A stretch of DNA of 64,000 nucleotides from Candidatus Methylomirabilis sp. (GCA_020722725.1 DYKG01000011.1:1756-65755), one strand, 5' to 3'; positions 9,046 through 19,328 are shown, counted from the stretch's first letter. Numbers and translations are program-made. Notes: generated by a model from the letters alone, not told the origin.

Positions 9046-10349
9046 CTCAACCCTTTCTTTTTCATAAAACCTTCATAATGCCTGGTAACCAGATGAGATT
9101 CCAGCTGACGCATGGTATCCATGGCCACTCCGACAACAATCAGCAAAGCTGTTCCGCCAAAATAGAAGGTAACATTCATGAAGCTCATGAGGAAATTCGG
9201 AATAACCGATACGATGGAGAGGAAAACGCCACCGGCAAGAGTTACTCTTGAAACAGTCTTTTCAAGGAATTCGACCGTTTTCTGACCAGCTCTGATGCCG
9301 GGAATGAATCCGCCATATTTCTTCATGTTGTCGGCGAGATCCTGGACGTTGAAGGAAATCGCAGTATAGAAATAGGTAAAGAATATGATCAACGCAACAT
9401 AAATGATTATATAGGTTGCAGTATTATAATTGAAAATATTCAGGAACCAGAATACAAAGCGGTTTTTAACCAATTCCTGCATGGATTCAAGACCCTGAAT
9501 CCAGTTGAACACCATCGATGGAAACATCAGGATTGAACTGGCGAAGATTACGGGAATAACACCGGCCTGGTTTACTCTGAGCGGAATGTAGGTGTTTTGC
9601 CCCCCATATACACGCCGACCAACAACGCGTTTTGCATACTGAACCGGTATCTTTCGAACTCCGTCCTGAACAAAAACGATAGCCATGACGGTGAGTATGC
9701 AAAAGACGATCAGGAAGAGAAGCTTAACAACTTCATGTGCGTCGCCATTAAACAGAGCGGCCTGCTGAACAACCGCTTCGGGGAAACCAGCAAGAATACC
9801 GGCGGTAATCAGAATTGAAATTCCGTTACCAATTCCACGACTGGTCATCTGCTCGCCAAGCCACATGATAAATGCGGTCCCGGCAGTCAGGGTGATTACA
9901 GCCATCAATTTAAATGCCAAGCCAGGATGAGGCACAACCCGGAAGCGTTCCAGCATAAAGCTGATGCCTAGTGCCTGCAGCGCGCCTATAAGAACTGTTC
10001 CATACCGAGTATACTGACTAATCAGTTTTCGGCCCTCTTCGCCCTCTTCCTTGGCAAGGTGTTCGAAATAAGGAATGACGTATACAAGCAGCTGCATAAT
10101 GATCGAAGCGTTGATGTACGGCGCAATTCCGAGTGCGAATACTGAGAATCTTCTCAATGCACCACCGGAAAACATATTCAGAAAACTGAATAGTTCTGAA
10201 GATGGCAGGTTCTGGGTAAGAAGCTTGGCATCAACCCCGGGGGTTGGAATATGAGTGCCGATTCTGAAAACCAGAATCATGCCAAGGGTGAAAAGGATTC
10301 GATTCCGGAGTTCCGGAATCTTCATGGAGTTCGATAGGCTCTGCAGCAA
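9042..10349 (-). CDS. secY: preprotein translocase subunit SecY
   Basis: It is a 435-aa polytopic protein with 10 predicted TM segments and a typical N-terminus (IPELRNRILFTLGMILVFRIGTHIPTPGVD). It abuts rplO. Confidence 0.96.
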   Translation of the reverse strand: MLQSLSNSMKIPELRNRILFTLGMILVFRIGTHIPTPGVDAKLLTQNLPSSELFSFLNMFSGGALRRFSVFALGIAPYINASIIMQLLVYVIPYFEHLAKEEGEEGRKLISQYTRYGTVLIGALQALGISFMLERFRVVPHPGLAFKLMAVITLTAGTAFIMWLGEQMTSRGIGNGISILITAGILAGFPEAVVQQAALFNGDAHEVVKLLFLIVFCILTVMAIVFVQDGVRKIPVQYAKRVVGRRVYGGQNTYIPLRVNQAGVIPVIFASSILMFPSMVFNWIQGLESMQELVKNRFVFWFLNIFNYNTATYIIIYVALIIFFTYFYTAISFNVQDLADNMKKYGGFIPGIRAGQKTVEFLEKTVSRVTLAGGVFLSIVSVIPNFLMSFMNVTFYFGGTALLIVVGVAMDTMRQLESHLVTRHYEGFMKKKGLR

Positions 10350-10799
10350 TTAGATCACCTCCGCTTTTCCACCAGCTTTTTCAATTTTGTCTTTGGCGGA
10401 ATTGGAAAACTGATGGGCTTTAACGGTAAGGGGTTTGTTGATATCGCCTCTAGCCAGGATTTTAACCGGGTGTTTGAGGTTCTTAATCAGACCCTTCTGA
10501 ACCAGCAGTTCGAGTGTTACTTCTGAGTTGGCATCAAAGGTTTTGTCAAGATCAGCAAGATTTACCAGGCTGAATTCAACATGATGCGGGGAGGTGAAGC
10601 CGCGCTTCGGAAGAATACGCACCAGCCTCATCTGACCACCTTCGAAACCAGCATAAGGATGTGGTTTCCCTGAGCGGGATTTCTGGCCGTCATGACCAGA
10701 AGTAGCCTGGTTGCCCATTCCTGAGCCTTTACCACGCCCTACTCTTCTTTTTTCATTGGTAGACCCTTTGGCCTTTTTGAGATTACCGAGGTTTAGCAT
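10350..10799 (-). CDS. rplO: 50S ribosomal protein L15 (uL15)
   Basis: The Gly/Arg-rich N-terminus is RVGRGKGSGMGNQATSGHDGQKSRSG. It lies in the spc-cluster position. Confidence 0.96.
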   Translation of the reverse strand: MLNLGNLKKAKGSTNEKRRVGRGKGSGMGNQATSGHDGQKSRSGKPHPYAGFEGGQMRLVRILPKRGFTSPHHVEFSLVNLADLDKTFDANSEVTLELLVQKGLIKNLKHPVKILARGDINKPLTVKAHQFSNSAKDKIEKAGGKAEVI

Positions 10800-10811
10800 T
10801 TCCAGGTCTCC

Positions 10812-10991
10812 TTATTGTACTTCGACCCAGCGCTGCACTTTGCTGATCATCCCAAGAATCTGCGGAGTACCTTTGTGGGTTACTTCCTGCTGCATCTTGC
10901 GAAGACCAAGTGCTTTGAGGGTGTCTCGCTGGCGTTCAGTGGCGCCGATAAAGCTTTTGATGAGCTTGATTTTAATTTCTTTTTCTGACAT
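10812..10991 (-). CDS. rpmD: 50S ribosomal protein L30 (uL30)
   Basis: At 59 aa it is below the ORF-track cutoff. Hand translation gives MSEKEIKIKLIKSFIGATERQRDTLKALGLRKMQQEVTHKGTPQILGMISKVQRWVEVQ. It lies between rpsE and rplO. Confidence 0.92.
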   Translation of the reverse strand: MSEKEIKIKLIKSFIGATERQRDTLKALGLRKMQQEVTHKGTPQILGMISKVQRWVEVQ

Positions 10992-11002
10992 GGTTTTGCT
11001 CC

Positions 11003-11545
11003 TTAGCCTTTAATGACTTGAGAAGGAGTAATTCCCCTCTGTTTGGCAATTACATCAATGCCGCGCATTTCGCGCAAAGCATTCATGCAGGCCTTGGCCA
11101 TGTTCACAGGATTCTTGGTACCAACGCGCTTAGAAAGAACGTCTTTTACCCCAAGGGCTTCAAAAATCGCTCTGACTGCTCCGCCGGCGATAACGCCGGT
11201 ACCGGGGGCGGCGGGTTTGAGAATTACCTGAGAAGAACCAAACTTTCCGACATACGGATGAGTGATGGTATCTTTGTTCATGGGCACACGGATCATACAT
11301 TTACGGGCCTTTTCGAGGCCTTTTCGAACCGCATCGGGAACAGCTTTGGCTTTGCCGATAGCAATGCCGACGTTGCCCTTCTGGTCACCTACGCAAACCA
11401 GAACAGAAAAACCGAAATGACGACCGCCCTTAACAGTTTTACTGACGCGATTAACAGAAATAATTTTTTCGGTAAATTCGTTTTCTACGACCTGGTCACG
11501 TTGGCGACCGCCACGGCGAAAACGAGGATTAGCAGTTTCGTTCAT
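11003..11545 (-). CDS. rpsE: 30S ribosomal protein S5 (uS5)
   Basis: It contains INRVSKTVKGGRHFGFSVLVCVGDQKGNVGIAIGKAKAVP. Confidence 0.97.
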   Translation of the reverse strand: MNETANPRFRRGGRQRDQVVENEFTEKIISVNRVSKTVKGGRHFGFSVLVCVGDQKGNVGIAIGKAKAVPDAVRKGLEKARKCMIRVPMNKDTITHPYVGKFGSSQVILKPAAPGTGVIAGGAVRAIFEALGVKDVLSKRVGTKNPVNMAKACMNALREMRGIDVIAKQRGITPSQVIKG

Positions 11546-11555
11546 CTTTATCCTC

Positions 11556-11915
11556 CTAGAATTTCAAGCCAGCGGATCTGGCACCTTCGGCCAGTTCCTT
11601 GACGCGACCATGATACTGGAAACCACCCCGGTCAAATACGACACAGGTTATGCCTTTAGCCATGGCTTTTTCGGCTACTTTCTGGCCGATCTGTTTGGCG
11701 CCGTTTTTATTGCCGCCATTGATCGTCCTACGCAGTTCTTTGTCGAGAGAGCTGGCAGTTATCAAAGTCTGACCGGTTTCGTCATCGATGATCTGAGCAT
11801 AAATGTGCTTAAGACTGCGAAATACTGCAAGGCGCGGCTTTTGAGCAGTTCCGGATAAGTGGAATCTGCTGCGGGCATGACGCCGCTGACGCATTTCTTT
11901 TTTATTGTTTTTCAT
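11556..11915 (-). CDS. rplR: 50S ribosomal protein L18 (uL18)
   Basis: It contains [19 protein letters not shown] and [26 protein letters not shown]. Confidence 0.97.
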   Translation of the reverse strand: MKNNKKEMRQRRHARSRFHLSGTAQKPRLAVFRSLKHIYAQIIDDETGQTLITASSLDKELRRTINGGNKNGAKQIGQKVAEKAMAKGITCVVFDRGGFQYHGRVKELAEGARSAGLKF

Positions 11916-11936
11916 AATCTACCTTCCTTTAACGCC

Positions 11937-12482
11937 TTAAGCTGCAAGCTTCTTGCCGACCTTGATGCGAACGTTTTCGCCAAGGTAACGAATACCAGCG
12001 CCATCCTTGTAATGTTTCGGCGGTCTGATTTTTCGAATTTCGGAAGCTGTCTGCCCAACCACTTCTTTATCAACGCCACTTACAAATACTTTATTGGCTT
12101 CGACTTTAAGAGTGATTTCTTTCGGGGCTTCATAAATAACCGGGTGTGAGTAGCCAACATTGATCTGGATCTTATTAGGAGCCTGACTCTGGGCTTTGTA
12201 ACCAACACCGATTATTTCGAGGCCACGGGTGAAACCTTCGTGAGCCCCAATGACCATATTATTCAGAAGGCTTCTGACCAGGCCATAGCAAGCACGAACG
12301 GTTTTCGGGCTGTTTTCGGGGATAGTGCAGACTATTTTGTCGCCTTCCTGTTTAAAGGTCACGCCTTCAGGCATTTTTTTACTGATTGAGCCTTTGGCAC
12401 CTTTGACAGCAACATTGTGTCCGCTGATTTTTACTTCAACGCCTTTTGGGATTATGATAGCTTTTTTACCAATTCTTGACAT
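11937..12482 (-). CDS. rplF: 50S ribosomal protein L6 (uL6)
   Basis: It contains MSRIGKKAIIIPKGVEVKISG and is built from two L6 repeats. Confidence 0.97.
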   Translation of the reverse strand: MSRIGKKAIIIPKGVEVKISGHNVAVKGAKGSISKKMPEGVTFKQEGDKIVCTIPENSPKTVRACYGLVRSLLNNMVIGAHEGFTRGLEIIGVGYKAQSQAPNKIQINVGYSHPVIYEAPKEITLKVEANKVFVSGVDKEVVGQTASEIRKIRPPKHYKDGAGIRYLGENVRIKVGKKLAA

Positions 12483-12494
12483 GTGCTTTCCTCC

Positions 12495-12893
12495 TTACCA
12501 GACGCGGCAGATGATTTCACCGCCGACGCCGGCGCTTCGGGCTTCCTTGTCGGTCAGTATGCCCTTGGAAGTAGAAAGAATAGCAACACCAAGACCACCG
12601 AGAACCTTAGGAATTTCATCTTTGCCGGAATAAATTCGCCGGCCAGGTTTAGAAATTCTATCAATTCCCAAGAGGATAGTGGAGTTCTTTTCACCATACT
12701 TCAGGAAAACTTTCAGATTAAATTTATTCTGAAACTTATAATATCGGAAATCGCGAATATAGCCTTCTTTTTTGAGGATCTTGGCAATCTCGATCTTCAT
12801 TTTGGAAGATGGCATTTCAACACTTTCGTGTTTTACATTGTTGGCATTCCGGATTCGAGTCAGCATATCGCCAATAGGATCAGTCATACTCAT
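12495..12893 (-). CDS. rpsH: 30S ribosomal protein S8 (uS8)
   Basis: It contains DPIGDMLTRIRNANNVKHESVEMPSSK and GGEIICRVW. Confidence 0.97.
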   Translation of the reverse strand: MSMTDPIGDMLTRIRNANNVKHESVEMPSSKMKIEIAKILKKEGYIRDFRYYKFQNKFNLKVFLKYGEKNSTILLGIDRISKPGRRIYSGKDEIPKVLGGLGVAILSTSKGILTDKEARSAGVGGEIICRVW

Positions 12894-12908
12894 AACTCTT
12901 TGTCTCCT

Positions 12909-13094
12909 TTACCAACTAGATTTAGTTACGCCAGGGATTCTTCCAACGGAAGCCATATCGCGAAAGCAGATACGACAAATCTGGAAATCTCTCATAAAAC
13001 CGCGAGGCCGACCACAAATACTGCAGCGGTTGTAGCGGCGAACAGAAAACTTGGGGGGTTTCGACCATTTTTCAATTAATGCTTTCTTTGCCAT
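12909..13094 (-). CDS. rpsN: 30S ribosomal protein S14, zinc-binding type Z
   Basis: It is 61 aa and carries CSICGRPRG...CRICFR (CxxC-x12-CxxC). Confidence 0.96.
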   Translation of the reverse strand: MAKKALIEKWSKPPKFSVRRYNRCSICGRPRGFMRDFQICRICFRDMASVGRIPGVTKSSW

Positions 13095-13109
13095 AACAAC
13101 TCCTTAATA

Positions 13110-13700
13110 TTACTGCTTCTTCGTGGGTTTTCTGAACGGCATGCCCATCATTTCGAGAAGCTCTTTAGCTTCACCGTCGTTACGTGCAGTGGTAACGATG
13201 GTGATATTCATTCCCTGAACTTTTTCAACCTGATCATAGCTGATTTCGGGGAAAACCAACTGTTCCTGTAGACCGAGGCTGTAATTGCCGCGACCATCGA
13301 AAGCCTTCGTCGAAAGACCGCGGAAGTCTCTGATGCGGGGAACAACGATTGTGAAAAGTTTATCAAGGAAATAATAAGACCTGTCACCGCGAAGGGTTAC
13401 GCAGCAGCCGATCGGGACACCAGCGCGCAGTTTGAAGTTCGATATAGACTTCTTGGCGCGGGTAACTACAGGCTTTTGACCTGAGATCTGAGTTAATTCT
13501 CTGGTGGCTGCTTCAAGAAGTTTTGCGTTCTGGGTAGCCTGACCAACGCCCATGTTAATAACCACTTTGGTTACTCTGGGGACGCGCATCGGATTACCAA
13601 ACTTAGAAACCAGCTTCGGGGCGATTTCTTTCAGATACTTCTCTTTCAGCCTTGGGAGAGACTTTGTTCCCTTTTTGGGAGCAGTTTCTGTCTTTGCCAT
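13110..13700 (-). CDS. rplE: 50S ribosomal protein L5 (uL5)
   Basis: It contains [13 protein letters not shown] and [10 protein letters not shown], followed by [28 protein letters not shown]. Confidence 0.97.
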   Translation of the reverse strand: MAKTETAPKKGTKSLPRLKEKYLKEIAPKLVSKFGNPMRVPRVTKVVINMGVGQATQNAKLLEAATRELTQISGQKPVVTRAKKSISNFKLRAGVPIGCCVTLRGDRSYYFLDKLFTIVVPRIRDFRGLSTKAFDGRGNYSLGLQEQLVFPEISYDQVEKVQGMNITIVTTARNDGEAKELLEMMGMPFRKPTKKQ

Positions 13701-13739
13701 GCCGATTCTCCTTTATTCTTACCTGTATCTACAGGTTAA

Positions 13740-14093
13740 TTACTTGCGGCCAAGTGGTTCGTTGGTTTTTGCACAGACGCGATTTTTTTCTTCGCCCTGT
13801 TTAACGAACTTGGCATGAGTCAATTCTTTACCATCGGGGGTCAGAAGCCCCAGGTTGCTGATTGCAATCGGGCCTTCCTTTTCGATGATACCACCCTTGC
13901 CAACATTTCTATTAGGTCGGGTGTGCCTCTTTATGAAGTTTACGCCTTCAACGTAGGCCTGGCCCTTTTCTGCGATTACAGAAAGAACTCTGCCCTTTTT
14001 ACCTTTGTCTTCACCACTGAGAACGACGACCATATCGTCTTTTTTGACATGGGGCTTTTCAACAGCGCGTTTTGCTTTTTCTTTTTTGTGCAT
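13740..14093 (-). CDS. rplX: 50S ribosomal protein L24 (uL24)
   Basis: The KOW motif is VKKDDMVVVLSGEDKGKKGRVL. It lies in the spc position. Confidence 0.95.
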   Translation of the reverse strand: MHKKEKAKRAVEKPHVKKDDMVVVLSGEDKGKKGRVLSVIAEKGQAYVEGVNFIKRHTRPNRNVGKGGIIEKEGPIAISNLGLLTPDGKELTHAKFVKQGEEKNRVCAKTNEPLGRK

Positions 14094-14105
14094 TTCTTTG
14101 CTCCC

Positions 14106-14474
14106 TTAGAGTACTTCCGGGGCGAGAGAAACGATTTTCATGAATTGTTTTTCACGAAGCTCTCTGGCAACCGGCCCGAAAATGCGGGTTCCGCGAGGGT
14201 TATTATCATTGCCGATAATAACAGCTGCGTTATCGTCAAAGCGAATGAAGCTACCATCAGCGCGACGATGCTCTTTCCTGGTGCGAACGATAACAGCCTT
14301 TACCACTTCTTTCTTTTTCACGGTTCCATCGGGAATCGCGTCTTTTACAGAAGCAACGATCACATCGCCAACTCTTCCGAAGGTGCGGGTGCTGCCGCCT
14401 TTAACGCGGATGCATAACAATTTCCTCGCGCCGGAGTTGTCAGCAACTTTTAATACGGTTTCCTGTTGAATCAT
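14106..14474 (-). CDS. rplN: 50S ribosomal protein L14 (uL14)
   Basis: The N-terminus is [24 protein letters not shown]. Confidence 0.98.
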   Translation of the reverse strand: MIQQETVLKVADNSGARKLLCIRVKGGSTRTFGRVGDVIVASVKDAIPDGTVKKKEVVKAVIVRTRKEHRRADGSFIRFDDNAAVIIGNDNNPRGTRIFGPVARELREKQFMKIVSLAPEVL

Positions 14475-14485
14475 TTCCGGACTCC

Positions 14486-14758
14486 TTATTCTACAACGGA
14501 ATCGGCGGTCTTAACGATTTCACGCACGATCCACTTTTTGGTTTTGCTGATCGGCCTGCATTCTTCAACGCGAACCAGATCGCCAACCTTGCATTTTTCT
14601 TCGGGGTCATGAACCAGGAATCTGGTATGACGCTTAATGTACTTTTTATAGCGAGGATGCCGTACAATGCCTTCGATTTCAACCTTGATGGTTTTTTCGG
14701 TGCTATCAGCAACTACCCGGCCTACCCGGCTTCGTTTGATGGTTTTAGTGTTTTCCAT
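14486..14758 (-). CDS. rpsQ: 30S ribosomal protein S17 (uS17)
   Basis: It contains [39 protein letters not shown]. Confidence 0.96.
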   Translation of the reverse strand: MENTKTIKRSRVGRVVADSTEKTIKVEIEGIVRHPRYKKYIKRHTRFLVHDPEEKCKVGDLVRVEECRPISKTKKWIVREIVKTADSVVE

Positions 14759-14771
14759 GTTCTACTCCTGA

Positions 14772-15404
14772 TTAAAAAGGCAGCCGGCCTGCGGTCAGTT
14801 CGCGCTGCAGAGCCCGAATATTTTCGAGTTCGCGCAGTTTGGCTCGCTTGGTTTCCTTCAGATTGGCAATTTGAGAAGCTTCATTTAATCCCATTTCTGA
14901 CAATTTGTCAAGAAACTTCTTTCTAATTGTACATTTGGGATCTTTTAGCCTCTTGGAAACCGCTCTAAGTTGGACTTCATCTTTGCCTTTGGAAGTCTTG
15001 AGCTTCTTTGAGACTTCAGATTTAATAGACTTAACCAGTTCAGCCACTTTTTTATCGCAACTCACCCTAATATCCTGGTTAACTTTGCGGGCTTTCATTG
15101 ACAGGCGTGATTTGAGCCGGGCGATCTTTTCGCGAAGCGGAGTCTTCATCGAATCGATTTTTTCTTCTTTCAAAAGCGCACTGTATTCTTCTTTGAGCAT
15201 CTGATAGATTTTAGCCTTTTCCATGCGGGTCAGATAGGTTTTTACGCGCGCAATATTGCGGCGAACTATGCTGATCCGTGAGGGGTTGGCAAGTTGCCCT
15301 GTTACGGCCTGAAATCTCAGGTTAAACAGTTCTTCTTTAAAGTGTTTATATTTTTCTTCGAGTTCCTGCTCGTTGAGTTCAGAAAAATCTTCGCGATTCT
15401 TCAT
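14772..15404 (-). CDS. rpmC: 50S ribosomal protein L29 (uL29) fused to ~145-aa Lys/Glu-rich C-terminal extension
   Basis: The first ~65 aa are canonical (ELEEKYKHFKEELFNLRFQAVTGQLANPSRISIVRRNIARVKT). The ORF then continues without a stop to 210 aa. Confidence 0.9.
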   Translation of the reverse strand: MKNREDFSELNEQELEEKYKHFKEELFNLRFQAVTGQLANPSRISIVRRNIARVKTYLTRMEKAKIYQMLKEEYSALLKEEKIDSMKTPLREKIARLKSRLSMKARKVNQDIRVSCDKKVAELVKSIKSEVSKKLKTSKGKDEVQLRAVSKRLKDPKCTIRKKFLDKLSEMGLNEASQIANLKETKRAKLRELENIRALQRELTAGRLPF

Positions 15405-15420
15405 GTTTCACCTTCCTAAA

Positions 15421-15831
15421 TTACATTTTGCTGGTAATAACCTGGCAGCGGATCGGGAGTTTATTAGCGGCCTGAGTTAGAGACTCGATGGCAATGTTTT
15501 CTGCAACGCCTTCAAGTTCAAACAGGATTTTTCCGGGTTTAATTACGGCTACCCAGAATTCAGGTGCGCCTTTACCTTTACCCATACGAGTTTCAAGGGG
15601 CTTCTTGGAAACTGGTTTGTCTGGGAAAACGCGAATCCACATTTTGCCAGCGCGTTTGACCGTTCTGGTAATAACCTTACGAGCAGCTTCAAGCTGAGCG
15701 CTGGTAATCCAATGCGGATCGAGGGCCTGAAGTCCGAAGGAACCGAATGCCAGGTATTTGCCGCCTTTGGCTTCACCCTTCATTCGACCACGGTGCTGTT
15801 TTCTGAATTTGGTTCTGGCTGGGATCAACAT
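15421..15831 (-). CDS. rplP: 50S ribosomal protein L16 (uL16)
   Basis: The N-terminus is [24 protein letters not shown]. Confidence 0.98.
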   Translation of the reverse strand: MLIPARTKFRKQHRGRMKGEAKGGKYLAFGSFGLQALDPHWITSAQLEAARKVITRTVKRAGKMWIRVFPDKPVSKKPLETRMGKGKGAPEFWVAVIKPGKILFELEGVAENIAIESLTQAANKLPIRCQVITSKM

Positions 15832-15846
15832 AATCCGGGTTCCTCC

Positions 15847-16530
15847 TTACTTCTTATTGTTGGTCTGGGCAGCAGGTGCTGCGTTGAAATTCTGCCGGCC
15901 GATTTTTTCGCCTTTGAAGATCCAGACTTTGACGCCAACACAGCCAAAAGTTGTAATAGCTGTATCGGTTGCATAGTCGATATCGGCGCGAAGAGTGTGC
16001 AACGGCACTCGGCCTTCGCGAACCCATTCTCTTCTGGCGATTTCAGCACCGTTCAAGCGGCCCGAACAGGTAATCTTGATGCCTTTGGCGCCTGCACGCA
16101 TGGCTCTTGAGATAGTCTGCTTGATGGCGCGACGATGAGAAACGCGTCTTTCGAGCTGAAGGGCGATACTTTCGGCAATGAGTTTTGCTTCAATATCGGG
16201 AGCTTTGATTTCCTGAATGTTGAGGAATACTGATTTACCGGTTAGATCTTCAAGTTCTTTTTTGAGAACTTCTGCTTTTTCGCCGCCACGGCCGATGATT
16301 ACACCAGGCTTGGCAGTGAAAATGGTTACGCGCAGTTTATTGTTCGATTTTCTTTCGATTTCGATTTTACCGATGCCTTCGCGGCGGAATTTTTCTTTAT
16401 CGATAAAGTTGCGAACTTTTACGTCTTCATGCAGGAATTTGGCATAGTCGCTGCGTTTAGCAAACCATCTTGAATCCCAGGTTCGGGTGATACCAAGACG
16501 AATTCCAATAGGGTTAACTTTCTGGCCCAT
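15847..16530 (-). CDS. rpsC: 30S ribosomal protein S3 (uS3)
   Basis: The N-terminus is [24 protein letters not shown], and KH and S3-C domains follow. Confidence 0.98.
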   Translation of the reverse strand: MGQKVNPIGIRLGITRTWDSRWFAKRSDYAKFLHEDVKVRNFIDKEKFRREGIGKIEIERKSNNKLRVTIFTAKPGVIIGRGGEKAEVLKKELEDLTGKSVFLNIQEIKAPDIEAKLIAESIALQLERRVSHRRAIKQTISRAMRAGAKGIKITCSGRLNGAEIARREWVREGRVPLHTLRADIDYATDTAITTFGCVGVKVWIFKGEKIGRQNFNAAPAAQTNNKK

Positions 16531-17255
16531 TATTCTTTACCTCCCTGGGTTTTGCTGGTTTTTTTGGCAGTGGTTTCCTTGGCTGCCGGTTTTTCTGCTT
16601 TTGCAGTTTTCCTGGCTTCAGTGGCTTTTCCGGCTGCTTTTTTGCCAGCTTTTTTGGCATCGCCAGTTTCGGCAACCGCGGCTTTAGCCATGTTGAACTT
16701 TTCACGCAGAACTATTTTTGCAGAAGAGGTTCTTTTATTAATGCGGCAGGCACGACCGCGTGCGCGGGCCATGAACCTCTTCATGATTGAACCGCCGTCA
16801 ACGGTAATCTTGGCAACAAAAAGTTCGTCGGCTTTCAGATCGTGATTGCTGCCAGCATTGGCGATAGCTGATTTCAGAAGCTTGAGAAGAATCGGCGAAC
16901 CGCTCTTGGGCAGGAACTGCAGGATTCCGAGGGCTTCGTCTACGCTTTTGCCACGAATCTGATCGGCAACCAATCTGAGCTTTCTCGGGCTGATTCTGAG
17001 GTTGCGAACTACGGCTCTGGGCATTTCGAGCAGGTCAATCAATCTGGACTTCTGTTTCCATGAAAGATTTCCTACTTTGGGATAAACCTTTTCGAGCTTG
17101 CCATTAGGCTGAAGTTGGCGATTATAGAGGCCGGCTTTGGTCAGAATTGCTTCGATTTTAGCGCGGCTGTTTTTGGTATCAAGGCCCTTTATCATGCGCA
17201 GGCCATTGAACAGATCTACATCATCGGGAATGGTTACACCAACAAGTCGTAACAT
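16530..17255 (-). CDS. rplV: 50S ribosomal protein L22 (uL22) with 77-aa N-terminal extension and ~55-aa Ala/Lys-rich C-terminal tail
   Basis: The core is [37 protein letters not shown]...[21 protein letters not shown] strong SD (GGAAGGAG) lies 9 nt before the ATG at 17255, and there is no SD before the internal Met at 17024. Confidence 0.9.
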   Translation of the reverse strand: MLRLVGVTIPDDVDLFNGLRMIKGLDTKNSRAKIEAILTKAGLYNRQLQPNGKLEKVYPKVGNLSWKQKSRLIDLLEMPRAVVRNLRISPRKLRLVADQIRGKSVDEALGILQFLPKSGSPILLKLLKSAIANAGSNHDLKADELFVAKITVDGGSIMKRFMARARGRACRINKRTSSAKIVLREKFNMAKAAVAETGDAKKAGKKAAGKATEARKTAKAEKPAAKETTAKKTSKTQGGKE

Positions 17256-17275
17256 TATTTTATTTTCTCCTTCCC

Positions 17276-17545
17276 TTACTTGGCAGCAGCGGCTTTTTCG
17301 CCGGCGTGACCGCGGAAAGTTCTGGTGGGTGCGAATTCACCCAGCTTATGGCCTACCATGTTTTCAGTTATGAAAACCGGAACATGCTTCTTGCCGTTGT
17401 GAACGGCTATTGTGTGGCCAACCATTTCAGGATATACGGTTGAAGAACGCGACCAGGTTTTAAGCTGGCGCTTTTCACCGCTCTGATTCATTTCATGAAT
17501 TCTTTTCAACAATCTAGCACAAATAAATGGAGCTTTTTTTGCCAT
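17276..17545 (-). CDS. rpsS: 30S ribosomal protein S19 (uS19)
   Basis: It contains [38 protein letters not shown]. Confidence 0.97.
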   Translation of the reverse strand: MAKKAPFICARLLKRIHEMNQSGEKRQLKTWSRSSTVYPEMVGHTIAVHNGKKHVPVFITENMVGHKLGEFAPTRTFRGHAGEKAAAAK

Positions 17546-17557
17546 TTTGCTTCTCCC

Positions 17558-18385
17558 TTACCGTTTTCTGCGCGAAATGATATATTTGCTGGAGTGGTTC
17601 TTGGTTTTTCTGGTTTTGTAGCCCTGAGCAGGCTGACCCCAGAGTGATACCGGCGGTCTACCGCGGCTGGTCTGAGCTTCCCCACCACCATGCGGATGAT
17701 CTACCGGGTTCATTGCAGAACCGCGAACAAACGGGCGAATCCCCATCCATCTTTTTCTGCCGGCTTTTCCGATGGTAACGTTCATGTGGTCTTTGTTTCC
17801 AACTGAACCGATTACGGCGCGGCAATCGAGCAGAATCATTCTCATTTCGCCAGAAGGCATATTAATCTGAGCGTATTTTCCTTCTTTACCAACCAGCTGA
17901 GCACTTGTGCCGGCAGATCTTGCAATCTGAGCACCCTTGCCCGGCTTCATTTCGATTTGATGAATGGTTGAGCCAAGAGGAATATTTTTCAGAGGAAGGC
18001 AGTTGCCGGCAATAATATCAGCGCTGGGACCGTTTTCAATCATGTCACCGACTTTGATACCTTCGTGAGCCAGGATATATCTTTTATCACCATCTCGATA
18101 GTGAACGAGGGCAATTCGGCAGGTTCTGTTAGGATCGTATTCGACCGTTGTAACAGTACCGGGAACGCCATCCTTATTGCGTCTGAAATCGATGATGCGG
18201 TAAAGGCGCTTGCTGCCACCGCCATGATGACGCTGAGTTAAATGTCCATGATGATTGCGGCCAGCTTTGCGGTGCAGCCATTCACAGAGAGGCTTATAAG
18301 GCTTATCAGTAGTGATTTCATCAAAGGAGAAACCAGTAATGAAGCGGCGTGAGGGGGTGGTAGGTTTATAAACTTTAATACTCAT
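17558..18385 (-). CDS. rplB: 50S ribosomal protein L2 (uL2)
   Basis: It contains KPTTPSRRF and ends in [26 protein letters not shown]. Confidence 0.98.
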   Translation of the reverse strand: MSIKVYKPTTPSRRFITGFSFDEITTDKPYKPLCEWLHRKAGRNHHGHLTQRHHGGGSKRLYRIIDFRRNKDGVPGTVTTVEYDPNRTCRIALVHYRDGDKRYILAHEGIKVGDMIENGPSADIIAGNCLPLKNIPLGSTIHQIEMKPGKGAQIARSAGTSAQLVGKEGKYAQINMPSGEMRMILLDCRAVIGSVGNKDHMNVTIGKAGRKRWMGIRPFVRGSAMNPVDHPHGGGEAQTSRGRPPVSLWGQPAQGYKTRKTKNHSSKYIISRRKR

Positions 18386-18405
18386 TTTTTGCTCCTACTT
18401 CCTGC

Positions 18406-18696
18406 TTAGGAAATTCCTTCGAAGAAGGTGATTGAATCGCCTTCTTTGAGGGTAACAATGGCTTTTTTCCAAGTTGGTGTATAACCATGGAAAACCCCAC
18501 GTCTTTTGGGTTTTCGAACCACGTTGATTGTATTAACTTTAGTTACGGAAACTTTAAAAAGAGCTTCGACGGCATCTTTAATCTGAGTTTTGTTGGCGCT
18601 TTTGGCAACACGGAACTGATAAATTCCTTCACCCATGCGGTCATAGCTTTTTTCTGAAACTATGGGTCTAATTACGATATCCTGAGGCATAATCAT
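18406..18696 (-). CDS. rplW: 50S ribosomal protein L23 (uL23)
   Basis: It contains IRPIVSEKSY, FRVAKSANKTQIKDAVEALFKV and V.KVNT. It lies in the S10-cluster position. Confidence 0.96.
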   Translation of the reverse strand: MIMPQDIVIRPIVSEKSYDRMGEGIYQFRVAKSANKTQIKDAVEALFKVSVTKVNTINVVRKPKRRGVFHGYTPTWKKAIVTLKEGDSITFFEGIS

Positions 18697-19313
18697 TTTA
18701 ACAGGACCTCCTCGAGCATTTTCACTGCTTTGTCACTTATGGCTACATGGCCATATTTGAGCATATCTACGGAATTAACATGCATTGGAACGACAACCTT
18801 AACGGTCTTCAGGTTCGCAACCGCACGTCTTGTGTTTGCAGTGATTTCAGGAACAACCAGCAAAACTTTTTTGAGCTGCTGATTATTTAGGAAAGCTACA
18901 ACATCTTTGGTTTTTCCGCTGACGAAATCAAGACCTTCGACTATTCGAACCGCTCCCACACCGGCTTTTTCGGTCAAAATACCGATAAGAGCGCGATCAA
19001 CCATTTTTCTTGGGGGGCGAATGTCGAAGGCATGGGGGCGAGGGCCAAAACAGGTGCCGCCACCGACGAAGATGCCTGCCTTAATGCTGCCATGACGGGC
19101 ACGACCAGTGCCTTTCTGGCGATAGATCTTGCGGGTGCTGAAATTTACTTCACCTCTGGTTTTGGTGAAGGCATTACCCTGGCGCTCATTATTGAGCTGT
19201 GCTTTTACAACGTCGTTGATAGTCTGAGGATGTGCCTTGGTGGCAAAAATCTCATCATTAAGCTTAACCGAACCACTTTGGGTTCCATTCATTTTATAAA
19301 TCTTGGCTTCCAT
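18693..19313 (-). CDS. rplD: 50S ribosomal protein L4 (uL4)
   Basis: It contains RQKGTGRARHGSIKAGIFVGGGTCFGPRP. Confidence 0.97.
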   Translation of the reverse strand: MEAKIYKMNGTQSGSVKLNDEIFATKAHPQTINDVVKAQLNNERQGNAFTKTRGEVNFSTRKIYRQKGTGRARHGSIKAGIFVGGGTCFGPRPHAFDIRPPRKMVDRALIGILTEKAGVGAVRIVEGLDFVSGKTKDVVAFLNNQQLKKVLLVVPEITANTRRAVANLKTVKVVVPMHVNSVDMLKYGHVAISDKAVKMLEEVLLK

Positions 19314-19328
19314 TTTTTCCTCCGTTCC

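Noticed and set aside
11018-14417. Long plus-strand ORFs (11018..11602 at 194 aa, 12483..13079 at 198 aa, 13815..14417 at 200 aa) lying opposite ribosomal protein genes.
   Set aside because: They are antisense shadows of highly conserved minus-strand genes (rpsE, rpsH/rpsN, rplX/rplN). Their products are low-complexity with no motifs, and they have no SD or promoter.
16514-16705. A Lys/Pro-rich 63-aa ORF ([17 protein letters not shown]...) in an alternative frame.
   Set aside because: It is a frame artefact of the Ala/Lys-rich tail coding region of rplV and overlaps the rpsC start.
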